A stretch of 64,000 nucleotides of DNA from a candidate division FCPU426 bacterium (GCA_040756875.1 JBFLYH010000003.1:192001-256000), one strand, 5' to 3'. Numbered from the stretch's first letter, positions 49,648 through 58,282 are shown. Translations and numbers: made by a program. The notes: generated by a model from the letters alone, not told the origin.

Positions 49648-49660
49648 AAGTCCGCCTTGT

Positions 49661-50419
49661 TCAAAGCTTTTTTTGCAAATTGCGCAGGGAAAACACCGAC
49701 TCCGGCACTCCCTGGTCGAAGGTGGCCTGTTTGTATTCAATGACGGTCTTGTTGCCGGGTTTGCTGGCCGAGGTCAGTTCCATGATGGCCGGGATCCGTC
49801 GGTCGCCGAAGGTCCGCACCTGCTTGAAGGCGATCACGCGCATCTGCCGGCCCTTTTCGTCGTAATACTCGTCCCGGACCGGCAGCAGGCTCCGCTGGTC
49901 CACCACGGCGATGATCTTGCCCCACACCGAGGCGGTCTGGGCCTTGGGGCGCAGTTCCACGTAGTAATGGTCCGGATCACCGGCCGGCGAGGGCAGCAGC
50001 GCGGCCGTATAATCGTCCAGCAGCGTGGTCTCTTTGACCAGGTCGTCGTTGGTGAAATCCGAACCCATCCAGGAGCCCATCATCATGGACGGCGGAACTT
50101 TCATGACCTTGTCGATCTTGGGAAAGTAATTCCACATCTCCTGCTTATTGCGCAGCGTGGCCACGCCCCGGTCCTTGGCCGGCGAGAGGATGCGGATGAA
50201 GGTCTTGTCCATGCCTTGGGACCAGGCCTGCATGAGCAGGGTGCGCTGGTAATTGGGGGTGGTCACGGTCATTTCCATTTCAGCGTAGCTGTCCTGCGCG
50301 CGGTACAGCCGGTCCATGGCCGAGACGATGGTCTTCACGTCCGGCGAGGATTCCCCGGCTCCTGAAGATGCGATGGCCAGCAGGAGCGAGGCAGCCAATG
50401 TCAAGCTGAGGGGGCGCAT
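49661..50419 (-). CDS. LolA-like outer-membrane lipoprotein-sorting protein
   Basis: Signal peptide, IRILSPAKDRGVATL, MWNYFP, SWMGSDFTNDDL, FSLRNL. Confidence 0.88.
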   Translation of the reverse strand: MRPLSLTLAASLLLAIASSGAGESSPDVKTIVSAMDRLYRAQDSYAEMEMTVTTPNYQRTLLMQAWSQGMDKTFIRILSPAKDRGVATLRNKQEMWNYFPKIDKVMKVPPSMMMGSWMGSDFTNDDLVKETTLLDDYTAALLPSPAGDPDHYYVELRPKAQTASVWGKIIAVVDQRSLLPVRDEYYDEKGRQMRVIAFKQVRTFGDRRIPAIMELTSASKPGNKTVIEYKQATFDQGVPESVFSLRNLQKKL

Positions 50420-50629
50420 GCGTTCACCTCCGGAAGGAATGGGAATCTAGGCTCTTTGCCAATACTCCGCACGATTTCACGGGACGAAGCAGGGCGTGAA
50501 GCTCGGCCCCAGGTCCCTGGGGGTTAGGGAGGATGGCCTTTGGATGCCGCACGGCCGGTCCCGAAGGGGATCGCCGCGCGGGATTTTATTCTACGTCCAA
50601 CGCAGGGCGGATGACAAGGAAAACCGGGG

Positions 50630-51253
50630 TCATTTCCGGATTTTGAAGAAAAAAGTCTGCTGCCCGTTGCGCAGGACGACGTCCCGTTCAATGCGGGAAA
50701 AACCCGCACTCCGCAGGCTATTTTGTACTTCTCCGTCCGTATAGCGCCGGAACACGCCTGCCACGGCAAAGGGGAGCTGTCCCAACCGCTCGGGGCCCGA
50801 GAGATACATGACCAGGCAGCCGTCCTTGTCCAGCAGGCGGTGGATTTTGGAGAACATGCGGGGGAGATCGTCCCAGAAATACACGACATTAATAATGAAG
50901 ATTTTGGTGAATGTCTCGGCGCCGAAATCATGCCCGCTGAACTCGCCCAATGCCAGCCTGACCTGCTGCGAACGCAGGGCCGCCCGGTTGTTGCGCGCGG
51001 CCTTGCGCAGCATCAGGCGGGAGAAATCGAGGCCTAGAATCCGGCAGCGCGGGTTTTGTTCCGTGATCTGCCGGATGGCCAGCCCGGTCCCGAACCCGAT
51101 CTCCAGGATCCGGTCCTCGTCCTTGACCTGCAGCAGGTTCACGACCCGGTCATAGCATTCCTGATTCCTTTTTTCCATGACCCGGGCGACCCAATGGCCC
51201 AGCCAGCCGGCCGGCTTTCTGAATTGTTTTCCCACCCAGCGGTATAGAAACAT
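50630..51253 (-). CDS. Class I SAM-dependent methyltransferase
   Basis: QFRKPAG.LG, ILEIGFGTG, GLDFS..ML, NVVYFW. Confidence 0.88.
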   Translation of the reverse strand: MFLYRWVGKQFRKPAGWLGHWVARVMEKRNQECYDRVVNLLQVKDEDRILEIGFGTGLAIRQITEQNPRCRILGLDFSRLMLRKAARNNRAALRSQQVRLALGEFSGHDFGAETFTKIFIINVVYFWDDLPRMFSKIHRLLDKDGCLVMYLSGPERLGQLPFAVAGVFRRYTDGEVQNSLRSAGFSRIERDVVLRNGQQTFFFKIRK

Positions 51254-51403
51254 GTCCTGGGCTTCCCTTTCAAACGCGCGCGGACCGTTTCCGGCCCATG
51301 ACAGGCACCTGGCGGACTGAATCCGCAGTTTCCTGCGGCGCCGGAGGATTCATTGTAAAAGGCAGGGCAGGATTAAACAAGGGAAAGCTCGGCTTTGCGT
51401 AAT

Positions 51404-51440
51404 AAAAAAGGCCGCGAATCCTACTCCGGATCCGCGGCCT
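51404..51440 (-). terminator. Intrinsic terminator after the Cys-rich micro-ORF
   Basis: Minus strand AGGCCGCGGATCC-GGAGTA-GGATTCGCGGCCT-TTTTT. Confidence 0.8.
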
Positions 51441-51461
51441 GTGGATAAACCGCACTTCCTT

Positions 51462-51542
51462 TCAGCACCAGCAGCAACAACAATCACATTCAGTTTCACG
51501 AGCAGTTTTGGTTTTGCGGCTTGCACGTTTCTTGGCTTTCAT
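51462..51542 (-). CDS. 26-aa Cys-rich peptide MKAKKRASRKTKTARETECDCCCCWC
   Basis: My translation (below the ORF-track cutoff); AGGAGGT 6 nt upstream; terminator 21 nt after the stop. Confidence 0.7.
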   Translation of the reverse strand: MKAKKRASRKTKTARETECDCCCCWC

Positions 51543-51618
51543 GGCCACACCTCCTGTCATCCTCATCTTCTTTCATAAATTTAGACACCGGTGAAGCGTT
51601 TGGGGTCCCTGGCTAACT

Positions 51619-52239
51619 TTAGAATGCCACGCCCAGGCCGATCCCCAAGCCGAAGAAAACTCCCCCGCCGAACGTGCTGCCGCCCACGCTGACCGAACCG
51701 ATGGTGAAGCCCAGAGCCAACGAGGGCGAAACCACGAAAGCAACCTGGTCGCTCACCTGGAACAGCAGGCGGTATCCGCCTTCTGCCCGGGGGGTGAGAA
51801 AGAATCCCGAAGCCGTCTGACCGGCGTTGCTGTAGCTGAACCCGTATACATCCATCCCCGGACCAACCCACAAGCCTTCCTGCGGGCTGACATTGTCCAG
51901 GACAAAGAAACGGTAGCTGGCCCCGGCGCCGAACCCGCCGCCGAACAGAATGCGGCCGGCCAAGGCCGCGGTGGGCGAAATCAACCGCTGGTACTCCAGA
52001 TTGCCCAGGCCGAAGGCCAGGCCCACGGGATCGAAGGTGACGCTGTTGAGCGGATTGAAATTGGATTCGGAAAAATGATGCGTGTAAGAACTGCGGCGGT
52101 TCGACTTGACCACCTTTTCGGTCTTGCTGGCCGTTGACTTGGACTTGGCTTTTGATTTGGCCTTGGCCTCGGCCATTCCCGCGCTTCCGGCCACCAGCAA
52201 AGCCAACGCCACAAGCATCGCACTTCCTTTGCGCAACAT
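51619..52239 (-). CDS. Small outer-membrane beta-barrel with Lys-rich N-terminal segment
   Basis: Signal peptide, AKAKSKAKSK tract, alternating strands, terminal GLGVAF; GGAGG RBS before ATG 52239. Confidence 0.72.
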   Translation of the reverse strand: MLRKGSAMLVALALLVAGSAGMAEAKAKSKAKSKSTASKTEKVVKSNRRSSYTHHFSESNFNPLNSVTFDPVGLAFGLGNLEYQRLISPTAALAGRILFGGGFGAGASYRFFVLDNVSPQEGLWVGPGMDVYGFSYSNAGQTASGFFLTPRAEGGYRLLFQVSDQVAFVVSPSLALGFTIGSVSVGGSTFGGGVFFGLGIGLGVAF

Positions 52240-52252
52240 GGCACCCCTCCCG

Positions 52253-52293
52253 AAAAAAATCGCCCTCCCGAGGCCGCTGGCGCCGGGAGGGCG
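52253..52293 (-). terminator. Intrinsic terminator after the peroxiredoxin gene
   Basis: Minus strand CGCCCTCCCG...CGGGAGGGCG-ATTTTTTT. Confidence 0.7.
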
Positions 52294-52310
52294 GTTACAA
52301 ACGGACATGC

Positions 52311-53129
52311 TTACTTCTTTTTCTTGGTCACCGCGTCCATGACTTTTTCTTTATCCAGTTTCTTGGTGCAGAAAAACCAATCGTAGCATTTCATGTCCGC
52401 CTTGCCTTCCATGCGTTCCTTGGCGATGCCGCAGGACCCGGCCGGTGGCACGATCACATCGTCGCCAGGACGCCAGTCAGCGGGCGTGGCCACGGAAAAG
52501 GCATCCGCTGTCTGCAGGGCCACCACGACGCGGTAAAGTTCGTCGAAATTCCGGCCCAAACTCAGCGGGTAGTAGACAATGGCGCGGATTACGCCTTTGG
52601 GATCGATGAAAAAAACCGCGCGCACGGCCTTGGTCGAGCTCTCGCCGGGCTGGATCATGCCGTATTTTTTGGCGACTTCCATGGTGATGTCTTCGATCAG
52701 AGGGAACTTGACTTCAACGTTCTTCATGCCTTTGTACTCGATCTTTTCCTTGATAGTCCTCAGCCACGCAATGTGGCTGTAGAGTCCGTCCACGGACAAA
52801 CCGACCAGCTTGCAGTTCACTTCCGCGAACTTGCCTTCCAGAGAAGCGAACGTTATGAACTCCGAAGTGCAGACCGGAGTGAAATCCGCCGGATGGCTGA
52901 ACAAAATCACCCAACTGCCCGCGTACTGGTCCGGGAAATTGATTTCGCCCTGCGTGGTCACTGCTTTAAAAGCCGGCGCTTTTTCGCCGATGCGCGGCAT
53001 ATGCGTTGCCTGAACCTGGGTTTCCATGCTTCCTCCTCCTGATTCTGCAAATATGGAAGTTGCTGTGAAAAGCAACCCCACGGCCAGCCCTGCTGCAACC
53101 ATGCTTCTGCCCATTCTGCTCAAACTCAT
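52311..53129 (-). CDS. Peroxiredoxin (Prx6/TDXH type); second possible start at 53027
   Basis: FSHPADFTPVCTSEF, VRAVF.IDP, YYP...GRNFDE, TPADW, CYDWFFC. Confidence 0.93.
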   Translation of the reverse strand: MSLSRMGRSMVAAGLAVGLLFTATSIFAESGGGSMETQVQATHMPRIGEKAPAFKAVTTQGEINFPDQYAGSWVILFSHPADFTPVCTSEFITFASLEGKFAEVNCKLVGLSVDGLYSHIAWLRTIKEKIEYKGMKNVEVKFPLIEDITMEVAKKYGMIQPGESSTKAVRAVFFIDPKGVIRAIVYYPLSLGRNFDELYRVVVALQTADAFSVATPADWRPGDDVIVPPAGSCGIAKERMEGKADMKCYDWFFCTKKLDKEKVMDAVTKKKK

Positions 53130-53396
53130 TTGTATACCCCCCTTTTTTAGTATTAAAAGCGGCTTATACTCTCATAGTCATTCCTAAATAGCAAGCGGGT
53201 CTTGGTTAAATACTTCGTGCCTGACCCTCAAAACTCATTACTAAACGCACTTGCAAAAACGAAGAATCCATTCTCCGAATTTATGCCCGGGATGCCTGAG
53301 GAGGGTTAACCCGCGTTCTTCAAGCAACCGGAAAACCGTGGACAACCGATAATAGCTATATAAAAATAGGAAGCGTGATTTACAAGGAGCGCCAAG

Positions 53397-55277
53397 GTGC
53401 AAGTTAACCCATTCTTTATTCGCGGACACAAATACGGCCATGCGGCTTTTTATCTTCTATTTGGACTGCTGATTTGCCGCCTTCAAGCCTGGGGTGCGCC
53501 GAATATCGACCTGGACACCGCTGCTTATCCCAAAGGCTTGAAGGAACCCACGGCCGAGGAGACGGCCTGGTGGAACCAAAAGGCCGTAGTGCGGACGGAG
53601 GTTCCGGTCACGGCCCTGGGCCTGTCGCGCATGCAAGCCGCCGGCCGTTTGCCTTCGGCCCTCCAGCCCTCCGCGGGCACATTCCAGCCCCTGGCCATGA
53701 CGCCCCAGGCCTTCCCCTCTGACCTGCAGGAAGGCAACCTGCCGCCTGAAGTGGACAACAGCCTGCTGGACGCTTTTCCACCCATCCGCTCGCAAGTGGG
53801 CGGGTCGTGCCAGTCGTGGTGCACCACCTATTATCAAATGACTTACATGACCGCCCTAGTCAAGGGCTGGAACGCCAAAACCGGCACGGACGATTACCGT
53901 TTCTCCCCCCGCTGGACCTACAACTTCATCAACGGCGGCGCGGACAACGGCGCCTCGATGTACGCGGCCGTCCGGCTGGAAACGTGCAACGGCGCGGCCC
54001 GCTGGAGCGATTTTTACGCCGGCGTGACGCCCGTGTTCACGGCCTGGCCCCTGGACGCCGCGGTCTACCAGCGGGCCGCCGGTTCCCGGATCAGCGCCTT
54101 CGGCAGCGTCAGTCAGCTCGGCACGGCCGAAGGGCTGGCGAAGCTCAAGGCCTATCTCAATAACGGCAGCATCCTGTTTTTCGGCACCTTTATTTCCTCG
54201 TGGGCCGGCACCACGGTTTCCGATGATCCCTCCCTGGCCGAGGACGCGGCCTGGGTCGGCGAGCGGGCCTGCCATTACATGCAGAACACCAACCTGGGCT
54301 CGCACTGCATGACTTGCGTGGGATACAACGACACCCTGTGGATCGACGTCAACGGCAACGGCCAGGTGGACGCCGGCGAAAAAGGCGCCCTGAAAATCGC
54401 CAATTCCTGGGGCACGGGCTGGAACAACCGGGGATTCATTTGGCTGGCGTACGACGCCCTGCGCCAGGTTTCGGCGGTCCCCGGCGCCCCAACCAACCGT
54501 TCCGCGGCCTTCTCCTCCGCGTCCTGGATCGAGGTCAGCGACGACAACGCCCCCCGGCTGCTGGGCAGCATCACCCTGCGGGCCGTGCACCGGGACCAGG
54601 TGTGGCTCGATTTTCTGCGCACTTCGACCCAGGCGCAGGAGCCGTTCCCCTCGCCTGAGGAGCAATGGGGCGGATACATCTTCTATAGCGGCGCTTTTTC
54701 CGCCGGGTCCTTCGGCTTCGACGGCCTCGACTATACTTCAAATCCAGCCGACGCGCCGGCGGTCACGTTCGTGTTCGACCTGACGGAGATCGCCCCGGCT
54801 GACCTTGAACCGCACCGCTACGTGGCCCGCGTGCGCAACCAAACCTCTCCTGGCATCGACGTTTCTTCGTTCACTTTGTCCGGCGGCGCGGACCAGGCTG
54901 TCCTGGGCGCCTGCGCCGCCATGCCGCAATCCGCCGCAGCCATGGACACGGTGTACGCTTTCGCCGACGCGCCCACGCGCGCAGCCTGGCTGCGCCGGGC
55001 CGACGACCTGACTCAGGTGCGCGTTTTCCCCAATCCCTGGCGCGGAGACCGCCACGCCGCCCTGCCGGTTTACTTCAACCACCTGCCGGCCGGCAGCACG
55101 GTGCGCATCTACACTTCCTCCGGCCGGCTGTGCCGGACGCTTTTCGCGGGCTCAGGCTACGCGGGTTGGGACCGGCGCGAAGAAGCGGGCACCGAGGCCG
55201 GCCGCGGGGTATATTTCTACTCGGTCCAGGACACTTCCGGAAACCATCGCGAGGGAAAATTTGCCATCATCCGTTGA
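53397..55277 (+). CDS. Secreted papain-like (C1) cysteine peptidase with T9SS-like CTD
   Basis: PIRSQVGGSCQSW (Q and catalytic C), SHCMTCVGYND (H), KIANSWG (N); CTD VFPNPW...IYTSSGRL...WD...GVYFY...GKFAIIR. Confidence 0.88.
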   Translation: MQVNPFFIRGHKYGHAAFYLLFGLLICRLQAWGAPNIDLDTAAYPKGLKEPTAEETAWWNQKAVVRTEVPVTALGLSRMQAAGRLPSALQPSAGTFQPLAMTPQAFPSDLQEGNLPPEVDNSLLDAFPPIRSQVGGSCQSWCTTYYQMTYMTALVKGWNAKTGTDDYRFSPRWTYNFINGGADNGASMYAAVRLETCNGAARWSDFYAGVTPVFTAWPLDAAVYQRAAGSRISAFGSVSQLGTAEGLAKLKAYLNNGSILFFGTFISSWAGTTVSDDPSLAEDAAWVGERACHYMQNTNLGSHCMTCVGYNDTLWIDVNGNGQVDAGEKGALKIANSWGTGWNNRGFIWLAYDALRQVSAVPGAPTNRSAAFSSASWIEVSDDNAPRLLGSITLRAVHRDQVWLDFLRTSTQAQEPFPSPEEQWGGYIFYSGAFSAGSFGFDGLDYTSNPADAPAVTFVFDLTEIAPADLEPHRYVARVRNQTSPGIDVSSFTLSGGADQAVLGACAAMPQSAAAMDTVYAFADAPTRAAWLRRADDLTQVRVFPNPWRGDRHAALPVYFNHLPAGSTVRIYTSSGRLCRTLFAGSGYAGWDRREEAGTEAGRGVYFYSVQDTSGNHREGKFAIIR

Positions 55278-56247
55278 CCTTTGCATCCGTTCCTGCGGAA
55301 CGGTTCTGCTGGCGGCCGCGCTGCTGGGCCTGTCCCTGGCGCCTGTCCGGGCCGATGACATTGCCCTGCTCGACCTCGGGCCAGGCACCCGGCCAGCGGC
55401 TCTGGGCCAGGCCTACGTCGCCCTGGCGGACGACGTGCACGCCGTATTTTGGAATCCGGCCGGGCTCGGCTATTCACGCCGGGTCCAGGCCCAATTCATG
55501 CATCACCAGTGGTTGCAAAACAGCACGGCTGAATACCTGGCTGCCGCCTATCCCGTCGGCCCGGGCACCGCGGGCCTGGCCTGCGGCCTCATGCAATTCG
55601 GCGAATTCGACGCTTACGACGAATATGAACAGCCCCAGGGAAGTTTTTCGGCCCTGGAGGGATATGTCAGCGGTGCCTATGGCTGGTCGTTTTTCCCCGG
55701 CGCCTCCTGCGGCGCCGCGCTTAAGCTTCCGTTTTCCTCCCTGGCCGACGACACCCGGCTGGGCGTCAATGCGGACGTGGGGGCGGCTTATGTTTTCCAG
55801 ACCGTGCCGGTCATCCGCGCGGGCGCGGCTGTCGCCAATTTTCTGACCTGGGGCCTGGCCGGGTCGGCCGCGGAAATCCGGCTGGGCCTGGCCATCCAGG
55901 AAAAAAGCGGGCTGCAGCTCAGCGTGGAGGCTGACCGGCGCATCGTACCCGGCTTATGGTTCCTGCGCATGGGCGCGGAGTATGCCTGCACGCGCTGGGT
56001 GGCGCTCCGCCTGGGGCACATGCAGCCCCTGGCTGATTCCGGGCTTCCGGGTTATGGGTTGACCGCGGGCGTGGGGTTCCACGTGGAGGTCGAGCCTTTG
56101 GTTTTCGACGTGGGGTATGCCTATGCGCCGTACGGCCCCTTGGGCCAGACGCACCGGCTGGATTTGACCGCCGAGCTCCCTGATTTCTTCCGGCCTGCGG
56201 CCGCGTCTCCGCTTCCGCTGGCTCCTGCCAAAAAAACTAAGAAATAA
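55261..56247 (+). CDS. PorV/PorQ-family outer-membrane beta-barrel
   Basis: LGPGTRPAALGQAYVALADD..AVFWNPAGL, MHHQWL, YAYAPYGPLGQTHRL; overlaps the peptidase stop. Confidence 0.86.
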   Translation: MPSSVDLCIRSCGTVLLAAALLGLSLAPVRADDIALLDLGPGTRPAALGQAYVALADDVHAVFWNPAGLGYSRRVQAQFMHHQWLQNSTAEYLAAAYPVGPGTAGLACGLMQFGEFDAYDEYEQPQGSFSALEGYVSGAYGWSFFPGASCGAALKLPFSSLADDTRLGVNADVGAAYVFQTVPVIRAGAAVANFLTWGLAGSAAEIRLGLAIQEKSGLQLSVEADRRIVPGLWFLRMGAEYACTRWVALRLGHMQPLADSGLPGYGLTAGVGFHVEVEPLVFDVGYAYAPYGPLGQTHRLDLTAELPDFFRPAAASPLPLAPAKKTKK

Positions 56248-56731
56248 TTTTGTCCGGCTGCCGGCGGACAAAATGCTTGGATTGCTTGCCGGTCATGTGC
56301 TCGACGTCAATCCGCACGATCACCATCCTGGCCAAGGGGCCCTCGCCGTAGGTCCAGACCTCCCGGCCGCTGTGCTGCCGCATCAACACGTCCAGGCCGC
56401 GGCGCTTGCCCTCGTCCGTCTCGACGATCCGGGCCTGGCCCCAGCCCACCACGCTCTGAAAACGCGTTTCCCAGCCGCAGGCGCGCTCCGAGGGTTCGAT
56501 CTCGGCCAGGATCTCGGCCTCAAACCCCACGCGCGGATCGCGGCGCAGCAGGTCCAGTTTCTTGCCCTCCGGCGCGCAGTGAAAATACAGGCGGCGGTCC
56601 GCATAACCGTAATTGACGGCCAGCACGTAGGGCGCGGGTTCGTCGTGCCAGGCCACGTGCAGAATGCGGCCCTGCTTGAGCAGGGCTTCCACCTGAGCCG
56701 GATCTTTAATTTCACGTTCCATCTGACGCAT
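56237..56731 (-). CDS. Pyridoxamine 5'-phosphate oxidase / NimA-like flavin-binding protein
   Basis: PYVLAVNYGY...LYFHCAPEGKKLD, FQSVVGWG, TGKQS; start at ATG 56731. Confidence 0.88.
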   Translation of the reverse strand: MRQMEREIKDPAQVEALLKQGRILHVAWHDEPAPYVLAVNYGYADRRLYFHCAPEGKKLDLLRRDPRVGFEAEILAEIEPSERACGWETRFQSVVGWGQARIVETDEGKRRGLDVLMRQHSGREVWTYGEGPLARMVIVRIDVEHMTGKQSKHFVRRQPDKIIS

Positions 56732-56857
56732 GCCGAGACCTCCCGGAAAGAACGTTCGAAAAAATCCGTCACTGTTCTTTTGCTTCGGAAACACCTTACA
56801 ATTTACACTGAAAATAGAAAAGACAAATCTCGATCAGCCTGCAGCCGAAGAAATAAT

Positions 56858-56885
56858 TTGCTTTTTTCCGGAACCCGTGTATACT
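56858..56885 (+). promoter_or_regulatory. Sigma70-like promoter
   Basis: TTGCTT-N16-TATACT. Confidence 0.6.
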
Positions 56886-56922
56886 TCATGAAATTCTTTA
56901 TCCTTCATTCCAGGTGAGTGGC

Positions 56923-57072
56923 ATGCACTTCCATGGGTTCACGCAGCATGGCGCCGGCCGAGTACGGACAGGCAATCCCTGCCTGACCGGGGCCCAGCTT
57001 ATGCCCATGGCCGCCAAAGCCTGGCGTTTGATTAAACGCCACCGCAGCCTGGGGAGGATGCACTCTACCTAG
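56923..57072 (+). other. 49-codon upstream ORF within a structured leader
   Basis: MHFHGFTQHGAGRVRTGNPCLTGAQLMPMAAKAWRLIKRHRSLGRMHST*, preceded by AGGTGA; several hairpins. Confidence 0.45.
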
Positions 57073-57089
57073 AATACGCTTCTAGTCGC

Positions 57090-57135
57090 AAGGGGCAGCC
57101 GCCTTTCCAGGAGAAAGGCAGCTGCCCCTTTTTTT
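57090..57135 (+). terminator. Strong intrinsic terminator/attenuator upstream of the EamA gene
   Basis: AAGGGGCAGC-C-GCCTTTC-CAGGA-GAAAGGC-A-GCTGCCCCTT-TTTTT. Confidence 0.85.
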
Positions 57136-57391
57136 ATACCTAAAAACAGGAGGTTATCGCCAAGAACGACTCAGGATTCACTTATTTAAAAATTCCAAAC
57201 CCATTGGGCAAGCGTTTTCAGAGGTACAGCCGCCGCTTGCTCCAGCAACAAGCCCAGGAATTATTCCGGAGGATCCAGCTCAGGCAGAACACGACCTGGC
57301 CTCGGCAGGAGGAAACGGAACCATCCTGGCCTTTGGGCGCTTATGATCCGGGAATATAGACGGCGCCGGCATTCGCGCCAAAGGAGGGGTC

Positions 57392-58282
57392 ATGCTTAAT
57401 TCAGGTTATTTCTATCTGGTGATTATCTACATCGTTTGGGGCACCACGTACCTGGCCATGCGCGTGGGCGTGGGGCCGGGGAGCGGCTTTCCGGTGTTCA
57501 GCTTCGGCGCCGCCCGCTGCTTGGCGGCCGCCGGCCTGTTGTTCCTGATCGCCCGCCTCCGCTCCCAGCGGATTTCGCTCAGCCGCCGGGAACTGGGTTT
57601 TCTGGCTGCCACGGGCATTGGCATGTGGGTCATGGCCCACGGCCTGGTGCTCGTGGCCGAGCAGTACATCGCCTCGGGGTTTGCCGCGGTGGCGGTTTCC
57701 ACCTCGCCGATCTGGGTGCTGCTGTTCACCGCCTGGATGCACAAAACCCGGCCGGATTGGCGGCAGGGGCTGTTCGTGCTGGTGGGATTTCTGGGCGTGG
57801 TCAGCCTGATTTACCCCGAGCTGCGCCACTCCAGCTTCCACGGCACCTTCAGCGTGGTGCTGCTGGTTGTGGCGCCAATCTGCTGGGCGGTCAGTTCCCT
57901 GGTGGTGCGCAGGTACCCGCAGCGTCTTTCCACCTTCACGGTGTCCGCGTACCAGCACCTTTTCGGCGGGCTCGGGTTCGGGATTTTATCGTTGCTTTCC
58001 CGCGAACCGTGGCCGGCGCCCACGCCGGCCGCCTGGACCGCGCTGGGATTCCTGGTGGTCTTCGGATCGGTCATCGCCTTTACGTCGTTCATCAAGGCGC
58101 TGTCCCTGCTGCCCACGCAGGTGGTCACCACCAACACCTATGTCAACCCGATCATCGCGGTGATTTTAGGGGCGTTGATTCTGCGCGAGCAGGTTACGGT
58201 CTGGACCCTGGCGGCCATGGTTCTGGTCGGCTTGTCCGTGGCCGGAGTGATCCGCAGCCAATCCGGAACCTCTCCGGGCTGA
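57392..58282 (+). CDS. EamA/DMT-family transporter (YedA-like)
   Basis: YIVWGTTYLAMR, FGSVIAFT.F, YVNPIIAVILG; AGGAGG RBS. Confidence 0.92.
   Translation: MLNSGYFYLVIIYIVWGTTYLAMRVGVGPGSGFPVFSFGAARCLAAAGLLFLIARLRSQRISLSRRELGFLAATGIGMWVMAHGLVLVAEQYIASGFAAVAVSTSPIWVLLFTAWMHKTRPDWRQGLFVLVGFLGVVSLIYPELRHSSFHGTFSVVLLVVAPICWAVSSLVVRRYPQRLSTFTVSAYQHLFGGLGFGILSLLSREPWPAPTPAAWTALGFLVVFGSVIAFTSFIKALSLLPTQVVTTNTYVNPIIAVILGALILREQVTVWTLAAMVLVGLSVAGVIRSQSGTSPG

Noticed and set aside
56911-57070. Lysine riboswitch or T-box call
   Set aside because: Conserved motifs (AGAGG.GC/GCCGAA/ACUG; UGGNACC T-box bulge) are not identifiable; kept as an unassigned leader.
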